Origin: an uncultured Candidatus Peribacteria bacterium
GTDB lineage: Bacteria > Patescibacteriota > Gracilibacteria > BD1-5 > JAGOOR01
Direction: 5' to 3'
Assembly (NCBI GenBank): GCA_964603225.1
Contig: CAZRUI010000002.1
Location: 1 to 39,406 of the forward strand
Length of the DNA stretch: 39,406 bases
A model generated the notes under the pieces. That model was not told the DNA's origin. It saw only the letters and a list, made by a program, of their open reading frames with translations, and searched no databases. Below, piece after piece: positions 37,848 through 39,406 of the stretch (the first letter of the stretch is position 1; each line of letters opens with the position of its first letter). The position numbers were made by a program, and so were the translations under genes.

Positions 37848-38354
37848 TTATTTCTTTTTTGGAGCTTCTGTGGTGCAGCAAGCAGTATCACAACATCCCA
37901 TACCACACCAGCTCTTGATGAGCTTGAGTGCTTTTTGAAAGAAGACTGCGAAGAGGAGGAGGTCGAGACGGATTTGTTCGAGAAGACCAGCTGCCTTGAC
38001 GTAGAGATTTCCTTCGAGAGGTTTGAGGTGAGTGAGCTTGAAGAGGAGAGCGATACCCATAACACATGAGAGGAGGAATGCAGCATAACGAGATGTCTTG
38101 CGGCAACCAACAGCGATAGAGAGACCTCAGAGGAGTTCGATAGCAGCAGCAATGGTACCAAGAACGAGAGCAATTTGAGTGTTTTGGACGCCGACGAGAC
38201 CAAGAGCCATACCGCCGACACCAGTCAGCATACCTTTACCAGTGATGAATTTCATCGAACCAGCAGCGATCATAATAAGTCCCGCTACAACTCCCGTTAC
38301 ACTTGGGCAGAACCACTTACCGAGTCCAGTCTTAGAACAACAATCTTTTTGCAT
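37848..38354 (-). CDS. DoxX-family-like membrane protein with Cys-rich N- and C-terminal tails (one UGA-Gly)
   Basis: ORFs 38127-38354 and 37848-38060 join in frame through TGA at 38127-38129, giving AAAIELL[G]GLSIAVGCRKTSRYAAFLL. This fits the DoxX pattern (A..EL.GG..L..G..TR.AA..L). The termini are MQKDCCSK... and ...GMGCCDTACCTTE. Confidence 0.6.
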
Positions 38355-38541
38355 AAAAAACGAAATATAAAATAAAGTGGTCTTATTTTACTCTTTGGCT
38401 TTGGCAAGCAATCTCAATTTGATTGAGATTTTTGTTTTGTGTGTTTCATATATATTTTCCTAAAAACATTTTTTGAAAACTTGTAAAAAAGTCACGTCTT
38501 CATACTATGCTAACATTTCAAAAACAAATCATGTTACCATT

Positions 38542-39246
38542 ATGGAATCACTCTTTTCTGCCCTTGATACACTTCTCGAGCTCCCCTTTCCTGCCTTTGA
38601 AAAAAAACTTATAAAATTTGAGGAAGAATTTAAAAAACTCTCTATTTCTGACGTCTCAGAGGAAGAACTCGAGTGATACTTTCTCCGTGTCAAAAATGAT
38701 TACGAAAAAGCGACCGGTGACCGGGCCAAGACACATCTGTCCATTCTCGGATATTTGTCACATTTTGATACCCTCGTTGAGAAATATTTCCCAGATTATG
38801 TTGCCATTTTTCAAACATCTCTCGAGCGTGATGATCAGGATACCATAGCTCCGGTGAATTATGGTTTTCTCGAACATATGGATGAGATACTCCGCGAATA
38901 CACACATCGCCTCAGTGACCCTGATAATTATCCATCATACACTGCTTACATCCAAGAACTCATACAAAATAGTATGATAGATCTCTATTTCTGGCTCCAG
39001 GAAAGAGAAAGTGCGCAAGAGAAAAAAGCAGGAGCAGAGGACAGAAACACAGAATTACTCATCAAATCGAGTGGCGATACCAAAAATTCAAATCTGCGAT
39101 TCACACGTCAATGCCTCGAACTCATGAATGAATGAGTACTCGAAAAGATATTTTTTGACCACGAGTACCCTATCCGTGTCTCTCCAGCCGATCCAGAACT
39201 ACAACTCATAGGACGCTACGAACACAAGAAAGAAGCAGCATTGTAA
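38542..39246 (+). CDS. Hypothetical protein (234 aa, two UGA-Gly)
   Basis: ORFs 38473-38676 and 38755-39135 share a frame. They join through TGA at 38674-38676 and 39133-39135 and end at TAA 39244-39246. The start is placed at ATG 38542 (MESLFSAL). No family was recognised. Confidence 0.55.
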
Positions 39247-39291
39247 ATAACTATACTCTTTTATTTTGGCGTTTCTGGGTATCATGGACAC

Positions 39292-39406
39292 GTGTCGTCT
39301 ATTCAACACTATTTTTTCCGACGTTATCTCTCGCCTGGTGATGAAATCAGAGCTATTTTTCATAGACACTTCCTCGTCGCATTCCCAAACATTCTTTTTT
39401 GGCTCG
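39292..39406 (+). CDS. 5' end of a hypothetical protein, possibly of the bacterial PH (bPH_2/YdbS-like) membrane-flanked type; runs off the window
   Basis: The frame starting at GTG 39292 reads ..YFFRRYLSPGDEIRAIFHRHFLVAFPNILFWL, which resembles the L..DE.I....R.HW......... start of bPH-type proteins. An ATG at 39284 in another frame is an alternative. Confidence 0.3.
   Translation, partial: MSSIQHYFFRRYLSPGDEIRAIFHRHFLVAFPNILFWL

Noticed and set aside
1-39406. Reading the in-frame TGAs as pseudogenisation, as selenocysteine or as Trp (table 4)
   Set aside because: The TGAs occur in about 25 otherwise intact genes, including essential ribosomal proteins. They align with invariant Gly in conserved motifs, not with Trp or Cys. 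No SECIS-like context recurs. Only one weak case (18539-18541) aligns with Trp.
1-39406. CRISPR arrays, IS elements, integrases, transposases, rRNA genes
   Set aside because: I scanned both strands for regularly spaced direct repeats, terminal inverted repeats and DDE or tyrosine-recombinase-like ORFs. The only repeats found are the tRNA-Val 3' fragments and the 153-nt intragenic duplication.

Overview
The window reads as a compact chromosomal segment from a bacterium that decodes UGA as glycine (translation table 25, the Gracilibacteria / Absconditabacteria-SR1 code within CPR/Patescibacteria). In-frame TGA sits at invariant Gly positions in at least 12 recognisable proteins: S19 SLKK[G], L2 HPHGG[G]EG, S3 M[G]HKV, Der IV[G]RPNVGKS, PFK VV[G]GDG, IlvA NHAQ[G]V and GG[G]GL, DnaJ YNIL[G]V, PilD R[G]RCRRCG, and others. 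The supplied standard-code ORF track therefore fragments about 25 genes, and I re-joined them by hand. The layout runs as follows. (1) 0.1-10.4 kb, minus strand: a ribosomal protein cluster rplC-rplD-rplW-rplB-rpsS-rplV-rpsC-rplP-rpmC-rpsQ-rplN-rplX-rplE-rpsN-rpsH-rplF-rplR-rpsE-rplO-secY. It is followed by rplS, has no rpmD (L30), and has no rpsJ upstream of rplC. (2) 10.6-13.4 kb: a small terminator-bounded unit, an excisionase-type HTH gene, then promoter, SAM-I-like riboswitch, metK and an A+T-rich ORFan carrying a HEPN-like Rx6H motif. (3) 13.4-19.8 kb: a TGA-rich hypothetical gene, a PHP phosphoesterase, a TrmB-like regulator, a matrixin-type metalloprotease, phosphofructokinase, YebC and an acidic hypothetical. 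(4) 19.9-29.4 kb: envelope and cell-wall genes, namely an SLH protein, ddl, a secreted protein, two membrane proteins, a GT2 glycosyltransferase, PPK2, prepilin peptidase and murC. (5) 29.4-29.7 kb: tRNA-Val(GAC) followed by two decayed copies of its own 3' half. (6) 29.7-33.7 kb: a small secreted protein, a truncated DnaJ-like protein, threonine dehydratase and der. (7) 33.7-39.4 kb: a block with no recognisable homology. It holds a 940-codon low-complexity ORF hidden behind 13 UGA codons, two coiled-coil proteins expressed from an apparently leaderless promoter, a Cys-capped DoxX membrane protein and further hypotheticals. No CRISPR array, rRNA, transposase or integrase was seen. All calls come from by-eye translation and motif recognition, with no database searches.
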